A stretch of DNA of 64,000 nucleotides, taken from assembly GCA_905612465.1 (NCBI GenBank), contig CAJQSC010000004.1, forward strand, positions 5,443-69,442, given 5' to 3'. Position numbers and translations under genes: made by a program. The stretch comes from an uncultured Candidatus Pelagibacter sp. Lineage in GTDB: Bacteria; Pseudomonadota; Alphaproteobacteria; Pelagibacterales; Pelagibacteraceae. Of the stretch, positions 53,252 to 63,255 are shown piece after piece. Position 1 is the first letter of the stretch; each line of letters opens with the position of its first letter. The notes under the pieces were generated by a model, which did no database searches, was not told the DNA's origin, and was given only the letters and a program-made list of their open reading frames with translations.

Positions 53252-55822
53252 ATGAAAGATACAGAAATTTCCAAAGATAAGAATATAAAACTCATTACGA
53301 TGCATGATGAGATGAGTGCGTCTTACTTGTCATATGCGATGAGTGTAATTGTTAGTAGAGCGCTTCCAGACGTAAGAGATGGATTAAAACCTGTTCATAG
53401 AAGAATATTATTTGCTATGTATAAAGGTGGTTACGATTGGTCAAAACAATTTAGAAAGTCTGCAAGAATAGTCGGTGACGTTATTGGTAAGTATCACCCA
53501 CATGGTGATCAATCTGTTTATGATGCACTTGTTAGAATGGTTCAGGATTTTTCAATGAGCTTACCGTTAGTTCAGGGTCAGGGTAACTTTGGATCTATAG
53601 ATGGAGATCCTGCTGCAGCAATGAGGTATACCGAAACAAGATTAGCAAAAGTTTCTCAATACTTAATTGACGATATAGAAAAAAATACCGTTGTTTATAA
53701 AAGTAATTACGACGAAACTGAAAAGGAACCAACTGTTTTACCTGCTCAATATCCTAACTTATTAGTAAATGGTGCTGGCGGTATAGCCGTTGGAATGGCA
53801 ACAAGTATTCCACCGCATAATTTAGGTGAAATTATAGATGGAACATTAGCTTTAATTGAAAATAAAGATCTTAAAATTAAAGAATTGATGAAACATATAC
53901 CTGGTCCTGATTTTCCAACAGGTGGTATCATTATTGGAAAAGAGATTATTAAAGCAGGATATAATGTGGGTCGTGGTTCATTTAAGATTAGAGGTGAAAT
54001 TAGTGTTGAGACACAAAAAAATGGAAGAGAGAGACTTGTTATAACTTCTGTACCATATCAAGTAAATAAATCAGTTTTGAATGAAAGAATTGCTCAATTA
54101 GTTAGAGAGAAAAAAATTGAAGGTATTAGAGATATAAGAGATGAGTCAAATAGAGAAGGTATTAGAGTTGCTATTGATTTAAAAAGTGGAATCGAACCTG
54201 AAACTATCAAAAGACAACTTTATAAAAATACATCTATAGAGAGTTCATTTGGTTTTAATACACTTGCAATCGTCGATGGAAAACCAAAAATTTGTAATTT
54301 AAAAGAATTTTTAACTAATTTTTTATCCTTCCGTGAAGATGTGGTGATTAAAAAAACTAAATTTGATTTAAAGAAAGCAGAGGATAGAGCTCATATATTA
54401 ATTGGTCTGTCAGTATCAGTGGAAAATTTAGATAAAATTATAAAAATTATTAGATCATCAAAAACTCCAGATGATGCAAAAAAGTCTTTATTATCAACTA
54501 AGTGGAAAATTAATAAATCTTTAAAATTAATTTCATTAGTTGAGGACAAGAAGGGAAAAAATTTATACTCACTATCTGATCCACAAGTTATAGCAATTTT
54601 AGAACTTAGACTTCAAAAGTTAACTGCATTAGGGATTAATGAAATTGAAGTTGAAATAAAAAAATTAGCTGACTTAATCAGGGGTTTTAAGAAAATTATT
54701 AACTCAAAAAAAGAACTTTTAAATGTTATTAGTGAAGAGTTAAAAAATATAAAAGAAAAATTTGCAGTACCAAGAAGAACTAAAATTATTGACGCAATAT
54801 TAAATTACGATATTGAAGAAACTATTCAAAAAGAATCAGTGATTATTACTGTAACTTTTCAAGGTTATATAAAAAGAGGAGCCTTAAGCAATTTAAAACA
54901 ACAAAAAAGAGGTGGTAAAGGTAAATCTGGTATCACTACAAGAGATGAAGATTCTGTCGTACAAACACTATCAGTAAATACACATACTGCTGTTCTTTTT
55001 TTTTCAACAGAAGGTCTTGTTTATAAGATTAAAGCATGGAAAATTCCTGAAGGATCGTCTACTTCAAAAGGTAAATCTTTATTTAATATTTTACCACTAA
55101 AAAGTCATCAATCGATCAGTTCTATTATGCCTTTTCCTGAAGATGAGAGTAGTTGGAAAAATTTACAGATAGTATTTGCTACAGCAAAAGGAAAAGTTAG
55201 AAAAAATAGTCTTGAGGATTTTTCATCAATTAATTCAGCTGGAAAAATTGCAATGAAACTAGACCCTAATGACAAAATTGTTGGAGTTGAAATTTGTAAA
55301 GATGACCAAGATATAATGCTAAGTACTAAAAATGGAAAATGTATCAGATTTGAATCAAAAAAACTTAGAGTATTTAAAGGAAGGTCATCAAAAGGCATTA
55401 AGGGTATAGATCTGGCTCCTAATGATGAAATAGTTTCACTGTCTATTGTAAATCATGAAAAAGGGGGGAGAAATGATAAAGATAAAAAAAATGATTCAAC
55501 TAAAAAAGAAAGATTTATATTATCTATTACTGAAAATGGTTATGGAAAGAAAACCTCCCATTACGATTATCGTGTAACTAATAGAGGGGGCAAAGGTATT
55601 ATTGGTATAATTAATTCTCCTAGAAATGGAAGTATTTGCTCATCATTTCCAGTATTTGAAGTTGATGAGGTGATGATATCTACTAATAAAGGCAGAGTGA
55701 TCAGGGTTGCTGTTAAAGAAATTAGAACTGCAGGAAGAAATACCCAAGGTGTTAGAATTATTAAATTATCCGGTGATGAAAAAGTGGTTTCAGCAATAAA
55801 AATTGATGATAACTTGGCTTAA
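53252..55822 (+). CDS. gyrA: DNA gyrase subunit A
   Basis: [28 protein letters not shown], GyrA-box QKRGGKG. Confidence 0.98.
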   Translation: MKDTEISKDKNIKLITMHDEMSASYLSYAMSVIVSRALPDVRDGLKPVHRRILFAMYKGGYDWSKQFRKSARIVGDVIGKYHPHGDQSVYDALVRMVQDFSMSLPLVQGQGNFGSIDGDPAAAMRYTETRLAKVSQYLIDDIEKNTVVYKSNYDETEKEPTVLPAQYPNLLVNGAGGIAVGMATSIPPHNLGEIIDGTLALIENKDLKIKELMKHIPGPDFPTGGIIIGKEIIKAGYNVGRGSFKIRGEISVETQKNGRERLVITSVPYQVNKSVLNERIAQLVREKKIEGIRDIRDESNREGIRVAIDLKSGIEPETIKRQLYKNTSIESSFGFNTLAIVDGKPKICNLKEFLTNFLSFREDVVIKKTKFDLKKAEDRAHILIGLSVSVENLDKIIKIIRSSKTPDDAKKSLLSTKWKINKSLKLISLVEDKKGKNLYSLSDPQVIAILELRLQKLTALGINEIEVEIKKLADLIRGFKKIINSKKELLNVISEELKNIKEKFAVPRRTKIIDAILNYDIEETIQKESVIITVTFQGYIKRGALSNLKQQKRGGKGKSGITTRDEDSVVQTLSVNTHTAVLFFSTEGLVYKIKAWKIPEGSSTSKGKSLFNILPLKSHQSISSIMPFPEDESSWKNLQIVFATAKGKVRKNSLEDFSSINSAGKIAMKLDPNDKIVGVEICKDDQDIMLSTKNGKCIRFESKKLRVFKGRSSKGIKGIDLAPNDEIVSLSIVNHEKGGRNDKDKKNDSTKKERFILSITENGYGKKTSHYDYRVTNRGGKGIIGIINSPRNGSICSSFPVFEVDEVMISTNKGRVIRVAVKEIRTAGRNTQGVRIIKLSGDEKVVSAIKIDDNLA

Positions 55823-56316
55823 TGAAAAAAGTTGCTGTATATCCAGGCACATTTGATCCAATTACCTTTGGTCATATTGATGTTATTAAAAAAGCTTTGA
55901 AACTATTTGATAAAGTTATCATTGCTGCATCTGAAGGTGCTAATAAAAATTATCTCTTTAATTCCACTGAAAGAATTGAAATAATCAAAAAAGCGCTTTT
56001 TCATGACCTAAGACTGGATAAAAAAAAAATTGAAATTATTTCCTTCACATCTTTAACAACCGATTTATGTAAAAAATATAAATCAAATATAATTCTAAGA
56101 GGCTTAAGAGCTGTATCTGACTTTGAATATGAGTTTCAATTAGCTGGAATGAATAGAAAGTTGAGTAATAATATAGAAACAATTTTTTTAATGTCAGATG
56201 TTGAAAACCAAATTATTTCATCCAGATTTGTAAAAGAAATAGTTAGATTAGGTGGTGATATTAAAAAATTTACTACAAAAAACACAATTAAGTCATTAAA
56301 AGAAAAATATGAATAA
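55822..56316 (+). CDS. coaD: Phosphopantetheine adenylyltransferase
   Basis: YPGTFDPIT.GH, RGLR..SDFEYE, ISS. Confidence 0.97.
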   Translation: MKKVAVYPGTFDPITFGHIDVIKKALKLFDKVIIAASEGANKNYLFNSTERIEIIKKALFHDLRLDKKKIEIISFTSLTTDLCKKYKSNIILRGLRAVSDFEYEFQLAGMNRKLSNNIETIFLMSDVENQIISSRFVKEIVRLGGDIKKFTTKNTIKSLKEKYE

Positions 56317-56863
56317 ATTTATAGTAAAATTATTAATTTTATTTTTTATACTAACCAACAATACAATAGCAGGGGGAAATATTATGATTTTAAAACTTAA
56401 GGATGGAGACGTAAAGATTGAACTATTTGAAGATGTAGCACCAAATCATGTTAAAAGAATTAAACAACTTGCCTTAGAAGGTAAATATGATGGTGTTGTT
56501 TTTCATAGAGTAATTGATGGCTTTATGGCACAAACTGGTGATGTTAAATTTGGTAACTCCTCTAATGATAAATTTAACTTAAGAAGTGCTGGTATGGGAG
56601 GATCTGATTTACCCGATCTTAAGGAAGAATTTAGTGATTTACCACATGAAAGAGGAACTTTATCTATGGCAAGATCACAAGATCCAAACAGTGCTAATAG
56701 TCAATTTTTTATTTGTCTTAAAGAGTCATCGTTTCTAGATAGACAATATACTGTTTTTGGTAAAGTTATTGATGGTATGGAGTTAGTTGATAAAATTAAA
56801 AAAGGTGATTCAAATAACAATGGATCAGTTACTGACCCAGATAAAATTATCAGTTTTAAATAA
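56309..56863 (+). CDS. Cyclophilin-type peptidyl-prolyl isomerase
   Basis: FHRVIDGFMAQTGD, SMAR, SANSQFFI, YTVFG; signal-peptide-like N-terminus. Confidence 0.94.
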   Translation: MNKFIVKLLILFFILTNNTIAGGNIMILKLKDGDVKIELFEDVAPNHVKRIKQLALEGKYDGVVFHRVIDGFMAQTGDVKFGNSSNDKFNLRSAGMGGSDLPDLKEEFSDLPHERGTLSMARSQDPNSANSQFFICLKESSFLDRQYTVFGKVIDGMELVDKIKKGDSNNNGSVTDPDKIISFK

Positions 56864-56878
56864 TATTAACATACGTCA

Positions 56879-57991
56879 ATGGCGTTAAAAAAATTTAAAT
56901 TTAATGTTATTAAAAAAGATAAATTTGCAAGAGCTGGGTTAATTGAGACTCACAGAGGTGATATTCAAACGCCAGCTTTTATGCCTGTTGGAACGCAGGC
57001 CACTGTTAAAGCGTGTCTAATTGATGATGTTATTAAAACTGGGTCTGAAATAATATTATCAAATACATATCACTTAATGATTAGACCTGGAGTTGATAGA
57101 ATTATTTCAGCAGGTGGTCTTCATAAGTTTATGAATTGTAAACTCCCAATACTCACAGATTCAGGTGGTTTTCAAGTTATGTCTCTCTCAAAATTAAATA
57201 AAGTTGATAGAGAAAAAGGTGCAATTTTCAATTCCCATGTGGATGGTAAAAAATTCATACTAAGTCCAGAAGAAAGTATAAGAATTCAAAAAGGTTTAGA
57301 TTCAGATATAGTAATGATTATGGACGAGTGTCCAAAAAAAACTACAGACTATAATCTTATTAATAAATCGATGGAACTATCTATATATTGGGCAGAAAGA
57401 TCCAAAGCTGCTTTTGGATCAAATCCTCACAAAGGATTATTTGGAATAGTGCAGGGTGGTTTATTTAAAGACTTAAGAATTAAATCCCTTAATGCTCTAA
57501 CAAAAATTGATTTTAATGGATATGCTATAGGTGGATTAGCTGTTGGTGAATCTCAAGATGAAATGTTTAATACATTAGATGATATTAAGGAAGCAATGCC
57601 AGAGGATAAACCAAGGTATTTAATGGGTGTTGGTACACCAACAGATATTTTAGGATCAGTTAAACGAGGCGTAGACATGTTTGACTGTGTAATGCCAACT
57701 AGGTCTGGAAGAACAGGTTTAGCTTTTACTTGGAATGGCCGTTTAAACATTAAAAACAATAAATTTAAAAATGATAACACGCCACTTGATAACAATTGTT
57801 CAAATCTTAGCTTAAATAAGTATTCAAAAAACTACCTAAATCATCTTTTTAATACAAATGAAATATTAGGATCAACTCTGCTAACTCTTCATAATATCAA
57901 TTTTTATCAAGAATTAATGTCTGCAATTAGAGAAAATATTAAAAACGGATCATTTGACAAATTTCATGATGAATACATTAGTAAGTTGTAA
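56879..57991 (+). CDS. tgt: tRNA-guanine(34) transglycosylase
   Basis: TPAFMPVGT, TDSGGFQV, DEC, GIVQGG, GGLAVGE, MGVG, DMFDCV.PTR. Confidence 0.96.
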   Translation: MALKKFKFNVIKKDKFARAGLIETHRGDIQTPAFMPVGTQATVKACLIDDVIKTGSEIILSNTYHLMIRPGVDRIISAGGLHKFMNCKLPILTDSGGFQVMSLSKLNKVDREKGAIFNSHVDGKKFILSPEESIRIQKGLDSDIVMIMDECPKKTTDYNLINKSMELSIYWAERSKAAFGSNPHKGLFGIVQGGLFKDLRIKSLNALTKIDFNGYAIGGLAVGESQDEMFNTLDDIKEAMPEDKPRYLMGVGTPTDILGSVKRGVDMFDCVMPTRSGRTGLAFTWNGRLNIKNNKFKNDNTPLDNNCSNLSLNKYSKNYLNHLFNTNEILGSTLLTLHNINFYQELMSAIRENIKNGSFDKFHDEYISKL

Positions 57992-58190
57992 TTTAAATAT
58001 TTGCAATTGTCCAAGTTATGGAATAAATAATTGTTTTTTGGTAATAAAATTTATTTATTTTTAGATATTTTTTTATTGTTTAAATTTTTAAGTGTAAAGA
58101 AATTTAAAAATTTTAAAGAAGACTTCACCAAAAGTTTTTTTTTAAAATTAAATAAAAAAAACATTTATCTAAACTTATTAATTTTTATGT

Positions 58191-58266
<76 letters not shown>

Positions 58267-58284
58267 TTAAAAATTCTTGAAAAT

Positions 58285-59112
58285 TTAACTTAATACTATC
58301 GGTGGATAATCTAAAATAACACTATTTTCCCACTCTTTTAAGTCTTTAATTCTTTTAGATGAAGATGGATGAGTGCTCATAAATTGTGGAGGTTCTTTTC
58401 CTTTATTGGCTTCTTTCATTCGTTCCCACAATTTCTTTGTTTCTCTAACATCATAACCTGATAGTGATGCAAAAATCATTCCCAAATAATCCGCTTCACT
58501 TTCTTGTGTTCTGGAAAAAGGATTCATAATTCCTATTTGAGAAAGTAGACCAACGGTATTCATTCCTGTTGCTCTATTTATTTGAGCTAATTTTCCACCA
58601 GAGAAAATATCTAAAAGTGATGTACCAGTTTGTAAAAGTGCACCTCTACTAGCTCTTTCAACTGAATGTTTAGCAACTGCATGAGCAATCTCATGCCCCA
58701 TTACTGAAGCCAAACCATCAATATTTTTGGTTACATCTAATATTCCTGTATAGATAGCAATTTTACCTCCTGGCATACACCAAGCATTTTTAATTTTTTT
58801 ATTATCTATTAATATGTATTCCCAACTAAAATTAACAGTTGGATCATTTAAACCAGCTCTATAAAAATATTCAGAAATTGATTCTTCCATTTTTTTTCCA
58901 ATATCTTTAATTTCGTTAAGTGACTTTATATCATCACTCATTTTTTCTTTTTCTTTTACTTTTTCATAGATTTGTGCTGCTTGTGCATTTAACTTCGACT
59001 CAGGTATTATTTTCAATTGTCTTCTGTCCGTAATAGGAGCTTTAGAGCATCCATTAATTATCACACCACCAAAGCAACAGCTGGAATAATTTAAAAATTT
59101 TCTTCTATTCAT
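58285..59112 (-). CDS. M48-family Zn metallopeptidase (LoiP/Oma1-like), probable lipoprotein
   Basis: NAWCMPGGKI, HEIAH (HExxH), E.EAD, STHP. Confidence 0.92.
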   Translation of the reverse strand: MNRRKFLNYSSCCFGGVIINGCSKAPITDRRQLKIIPESKLNAQAAQIYEKVKEKEKMSDDIKSLNEIKDIGKKMEESISEYFYRAGLNDPTVNFSWEYILIDNKKIKNAWCMPGGKIAIYTGILDVTKNIDGLASVMGHEIAHAVAKHSVERASRGALLQTGTSLLDIFSGGKLAQINRATGMNTVGLLSQIGIMNPFSRTQESEADYLGMIFASLSGYDVRETKKLWERMKEANKGKEPPQFMSTHPSSSKRIKDLKEWENSVILDYPPIVLS

Positions 59113-59151
59113 TTTAATAAATTGTTGATATTTATATAACTATAAACTTAT

Positions 59152-59229
59152 ATGAATTTAAACAATAAAATTTTAGCAGTACTTTTTATTATAGCTGTTT
59201 CGTTTGTTATTTATTCTAGTTATTATTAA
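59152..59229 (+). CDS. Putative 25-aa single-TM small protein (not in the ORF track)
   Basis: MNLNNKILAVLFIIAVSFVIYSSYY*; fills the gap and ends 7 nt before the DUF502 ATG. Confidence 0.45.
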   Translation: MNLNNKILAVLFIIAVSFVIYSSYY

Positions 59230-59236
59230 ACTATTT

Positions 59237-59851
59237 ATGTCCATTAAGAAGAAAAAATCAATTGCTTTAAAACTAAGAAACTACTTTTTTACAGGTGTCA
59301 TTGTTCTAATTCCAATAGGTTTTACACTTTATTTGAGTAAATTTTTGATTAATTTTTCAACAAAATTAGTTCCTTCAGGATTAAATCCAAACACTTATCT
59401 TCCTTACGCTATTCCAGGAATTGAAATAATTTTAACAATTGTTTTTATTACAGTTGTTGGAGGACTCTCTTTATCTTTCTTGGGTAAAAAATTTTTACAA
59501 ATAATTGATGATCTATTTAAAAGAATACCTATATTGAGAACTATTTATTCAGCTATAGGTCAAATGACTGAATCATTTAGAAATCAAGAAGGTAACAAAA
59601 AAAGTGTAGTTTTACTAGAATATCCAAGAAAAGGTTCTTGGGCTGTAGGGTTTGCCACTAAAGAAAATACTGGTGAAATTAAATTAAAAACAAATTTAAA
59701 TCTTGTAAATGTTTTTGTACCAACAACACCAAACCCAACCAGTGGTTTTTTGCTTATGATACCAAAAGAAGATTTGATTTATTTGGACATGACTTTCGAA
59801 GAAGCCTCTAAATTTATAGTTTCTGCTGGTACATCATCTCCAGCAAGTTAA
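59237..59851 (+). CDS. DUF502-family membrane protein
   Basis: LRNYFFTG..V..P, RIP..RTIYS, EYPR, VFVPTTPNPTSGFL; start placed at the ATG at 59237. Confidence 0.9.
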   Translation: MSIKKKKSIALKLRNYFFTGVIVLIPIGFTLYLSKFLINFSTKLVPSGLNPNTYLPYAIPGIEIILTIVFITVVGGLSLSFLGKKFLQIIDDLFKRIPILRTIYSAIGQMTESFRNQEGNKKSVVLLEYPRKGSWAVGFATKENTGEIKLKTNLNLVNVFVPTTPNPTSGFLLMIPKEDLIYLDMTFEEASKFIVSAGTSSPAS

Positions 59852-61899
59852 ACCATGTCGTTAATTATATCTGCTTGATCATACAGTTTTAGTAATGCTT
59901 TATATTTATCAATATTAATGTTTTCTAATTCTATCTTTTTAATTTGTTTTTCGGCCATCAAGAATAAATCTTCATTTTGAATAGGGTCGGCTAATCTAAA
60001 GTTTTTAACACCACTCTGTTTAAAACCAAGTAAATCACCAAAACCTCTCAACTTCATATCCTCTTCAGAAATTTCAAATCCATCATTTGAATTCTTTAAA
60101 ATATTAATTCTTTTTTTAGCATTAACACTTAAATTAGACTTAAACATTAGTATGCAGCTAGCCTGTTTGGTGCCACGTCCAACTCTCCCCCTTAATTGAT
60201 GTAACTGTGACAAACCAAACTTATTAGCATTTTCTATTATAATTACATTGGCGTTAGGAAAGTCTATCCCAACTTCTATAATTGTTGTTGAAACTAAAAT
60301 TGAATACTCATTATTTAAGAATTTATTTAATATTTCCTCTTTTTCTTCAATATCAACTTTACCATGCAGCAGACCAACATTATTTGGGAAAATTTTGTTA
60401 AGAAACTTGTATTTGCTAACTGAAGATTGGTGGTCTAATTTTTTCGACTCTTCAATTAATGGGCATACCCAAAATACTTGGTTTCCATCTTTTATTTCTT
60501 TTTTTACAAAATTAATAACATCATCTATTTTGCTTTCTAGTTTACTGTATGTTTTGACTTCTTTTCTATTGCTTGGTTTTTCCCTAATAATAGAAACATC
60601 CATATCGCCATAAAATGACATTGTTAAAGTTCTTGGTATTGGTGTTGCTGACATTAATAGAACATCACAATTATCTCCACCCTTGTCAGATAAAAGCTTT
60701 CTTTGTCTTACACCAAATTTATGCTGTTCATCAATTATAATATAACCAAGGTTTGCAAAAATTATCTTTTTTTGAAAAATTGCATGAGTACCAAAAACCA
60801 TATGAATTTTATTATTCTTTAATTCTTTCACAATACTCTTTTTTTCAACATATTTACTTTTGCTTGAAAGCATTTCAATATTGATATTTTTGGGAAACAA
60901 TTTTTTTGCTAGCTCGTAATGCTGTCTAGCTAATATTTCTGTAGGAGCCATTATCGCTACTTGAAAACCAGAACTAATAACACTTAAAGAGGAAATTAAT
61001 GCAACTATGGTTTTTCCACTTCCTACGTCACCCTGCAACAGTCTAAACATTTTACTTTTAGAATTTAGATCTTTATTAATATCTTCTAATGATTTCTTTT
61101 GATCACCAGTAAGATTAAAATTTAATTTATTAATAATATTATTATGAGCTCTTTCAGTAAATTTCTTAGAAGTTTTTTTAATTTTCTTAATTTTTTTTCT
61201 AATTTCTGAATTAACTAAAAATGACGCTAATATCTCATCATAAGCGAGTCTTTTATAAAAATCTGATTTATAATTCTCGATATTTTTGGGATCATGTAAT
61301 TTAACTATAGCTTCATTCCAACTTTCGTTATTAAAGATTTTTAATATTTCTTTGTCATGCCACTCTGTTAATGTAGGTAAATTTTTTAAAATTTGATTAA
61401 TGATTTTATTATACGTTTTTTCTGTAATTCCTTCTGTTAAAGAGTATTTATTATCTATAGTTTCTATCAATGTACTATCTTGTGAAATATAAGTTGGGTT
61501 GGTTATTTGATAACGCCCTTTATAATTACCAATCTTACCACTAATTGTTACTTCTTCATTTATAGGTAGAATCTTTCGTACATAACCTTCATGGCTATTA
61601 AAAAATATACAATCAATTTTTCCAGTATCATCAAGACAGTTAACTTTATTTGGTAAATTTCTAACTCGTGGAAATTGATACTTTAATGGAATTATTCTAA
61701 TAGTTTGAATTGTACCGATTTGAAGGTCACAAATTTTACTTACCAAGGTTCTATCAGTGTACGATTTGGGTAATCTCCACAATAAGTCAAAAATATTATT
61801 AACTTTTTTTTTTTTCAAAATTTCCATGGTTTTTTTTCCGACACCATCTAATTTAGTTAAATCTGCTAATAAATAATCGTAATTATTTTTAATTTTCAT
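59848..61899 (-). CDS. recG: ATP-dependent DNA helicase RecG
   Basis: LLQGDVGSGKT, DEQHKFGV.QR, SATPIPRT, QLHQLRGRVGR. Confidence 0.97.
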   Translation of the reverse strand: MKIKNNYDYLLADLTKLDGVGKKTMEILKKKKVNNIFDLLWRLPKSYTDRTLVSKICDLQIGTIQTIRIIPLKYQFPRVRNLPNKVNCLDDTGKIDCIFFNSHEGYVRKILPINEEVTISGKIGNYKGRYQITNPTYISQDSTLIETIDNKYSLTEGITEKTYNKIINQILKNLPTLTEWHDKEILKIFNNESWNEAIVKLHDPKNIENYKSDFYKRLAYDEILASFLVNSEIRKKIKKIKKTSKKFTERAHNNIINKLNFNLTGDQKKSLEDINKDLNSKSKMFRLLQGDVGSGKTIVALISSLSVISSGFQVAIMAPTEILARQHYELAKKLFPKNINIEMLSSKSKYVEKKSIVKELKNNKIHMVFGTHAIFQKKIIFANLGYIIIDEQHKFGVRQRKLLSDKGGDNCDVLLMSATPIPRTLTMSFYGDMDVSIIREKPSNRKEVKTYSKLESKIDDVINFVKKEIKDGNQVFWVCPLIEESKKLDHQSSVSKYKFLNKIFPNNVGLLHGKVDIEEKEEILNKFLNNEYSILVSTTIIEVGIDFPNANVIIIENANKFGLSQLHQLRGRVGRGTKQASCILMFKSNLSVNAKKRINILKNSNDGFEISEEDMKLRGFGDLLGFKQSGVKNFRLADPIQNEDLFLMAEKQIKKIELENINIDKYKALLKLYDQADIINDMV

Positions 61900-61923
61900 G
61901 TTAGATACAATATATAAAAAATT

Positions 61924-62190
61924 ATGACTATTAATATAAAGGATTTAAAAAATAAAATAATCTATCGAGCAAATTATCGAGGTACAAAAGAAATGGACAA
62001 ATTATTAGGCTCATTTGTTAAAATATATATAGATCAATTAATAGAAGATGATTTACCTCTTCTTTGTGATTTATTGGATTATGATGATGAAAATCTTTAC
62101 AAGTTTAATCAGGGCCTGCATTTAACAATTGAAATTAAGTCTAATAAAGTTACTGAGTTATTTAAAAATTATAAGTATGTGAGTGTTTAG
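61924..62190 (+). CDS. sdhE: Succinate dehydrogenase flavinylation factor SdhE/Sdh5
   Basis: YRA.YRG.KEMD.LLG motif; divergent from recG as in other alphaproteobacteria. Confidence 0.9.
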   Translation: MTINIKDLKNKIIYRANYRGTKEMDKLLGSFVKIYIDQLIEDDLPLLCDLLDYDDENLYKFNQGLHLTIEIKSNKVTELFKNYKYVSV

Positions 62191-62280
62191 TGGCGGAGAG
62201 ACTGAGATTCGAACTCAGGAAAGAGTTGCCCCTTTGCCGGTTTTCAAGACCGGTGCATTCAACCGCTCTGCCATCTCTCC
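62191..62280 (-). tRNA. tRNA-Ser(TGA)
   Basis: Reverse complement GGAGAGATGGCAGAGCGG...ctTGAaa, long variable arm, GTTCGAATC, G73-CCA; 90 nt. Confidence 0.96.
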
Positions 62281-62373
62281 GTTAGCAATGTTTTATAAAC
62301 AAATTTTATTAATTCAACAATAAAATAGACAATACCCTCAATTAATGGATTATGACTGAAATCTTTTGATTTA

Positions 62374-63255
62374 ATGAAAAATAATGACTTCAATAAAGGA
62401 ATAACATTAACAGCACTAGGTTCGTTTTGGTGGGGTGTAATAGGGGTTATTTATTTTGAGTATATTTCTTTTGTAGGTCACATAGAGGTAGTTTTACACC
62501 GATGTATTTGGACAGCTTTTTTTTTACTTTTAACAACATCTTACTTTTCAAAATGGCAAATTTTTTTTCAGACTATAAAAAATTATAAAATATTAATTAC
62601 TCTTTTTTTTTCAGGGTTACTTATCTTTATAAATTGGGCTGTTTGGATATATGCTGTTGCCAACAATCAAATTATTGATGCGAGTTTTGGATATTTTATT
62701 ATGCCCATTTTAAGTGTTTTATTGGGAAATATTTTTTTTAAAGAACTTTTAAATACAAAAAGAAAAATTTCTATAATTTTAGTTTTAATTTCAATATCTT
62801 TTTTACTTTTTGTAAGTTTTAAGTCAATACCCTGGGTTGGTCTTGTAGTTGCCTTAAGCTGGGGTTTTTACAATTTATTAAGAAAAAAAATAAATGTAGA
62901 TACTGATATTGGTCTCTTAATTGAAAGTCTTTTTATTTTGCCATTTGCTTTAGTTGCTTTTTATCTAATATTTAAAGAAGGACTAAATGATTTTACCTTT
63001 TCAAATCCCTCTTTAATGCTGCTACTATTATTAGCTGGCCCAATGACGGTAATTCCATTATTTTTATATGTTAGGGGTGTTGAACTATGTGGGCTAGGTC
63101 CAACTGGTATGATTTTCTATATAACTCCCACTTTTCAATTTATATTAGGTTATTTTTATTATAATGAGCCTTTTTCAATCACAAAGTTAGTAAGTTTCAT
63201 TTTAATCTGGATTGCTGTATTTATTTATTTAAAAGATTTATATGAAAATAATTAG
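62374..63255 (+). CDS. rarD: EamA/DMT transporter RarD
   Basis: WG...YF, HR.IW, NW..IYAV, ASFGYFI.P, RKK, YITPT.QF. Confidence 0.9.
   Translation: MKNNDFNKGITLTALGSFWWGVIGVIYFEYISFVGHIEVVLHRCIWTAFFLLLTTSYFSKWQIFFQTIKNYKILITLFFSGLLIFINWAVWIYAVANNQIIDASFGYFIMPILSVLLGNIFFKELLNTKRKISIILVLISISFLLFVSFKSIPWVGLVVALSWGFYNLLRKKINVDTDIGLLIESLFILPFALVAFYLIFKEGLNDFTFSNPSLMLLLLLAGPMTVIPLFLYVRGVELCGLGPTGMIFYITPTFQFILGYFYYNEPFSITKLVSFILIWIAVFIYLKDLYENN

Noticed and set aside
57999-58030. dif-like string (atttgcaattg-tccaag-ttatggaataa)
   Set aside because: Only the XerD-like TTATGGAA half fits; the XerC arm lacks the required ATAA next to a 6-bp spacer
61803-61815. Long A/T homopolymers as phase-variation or frameshift sites
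   Set aside because: They encode Lys/Phe runs in intact frames and are common at this base composition
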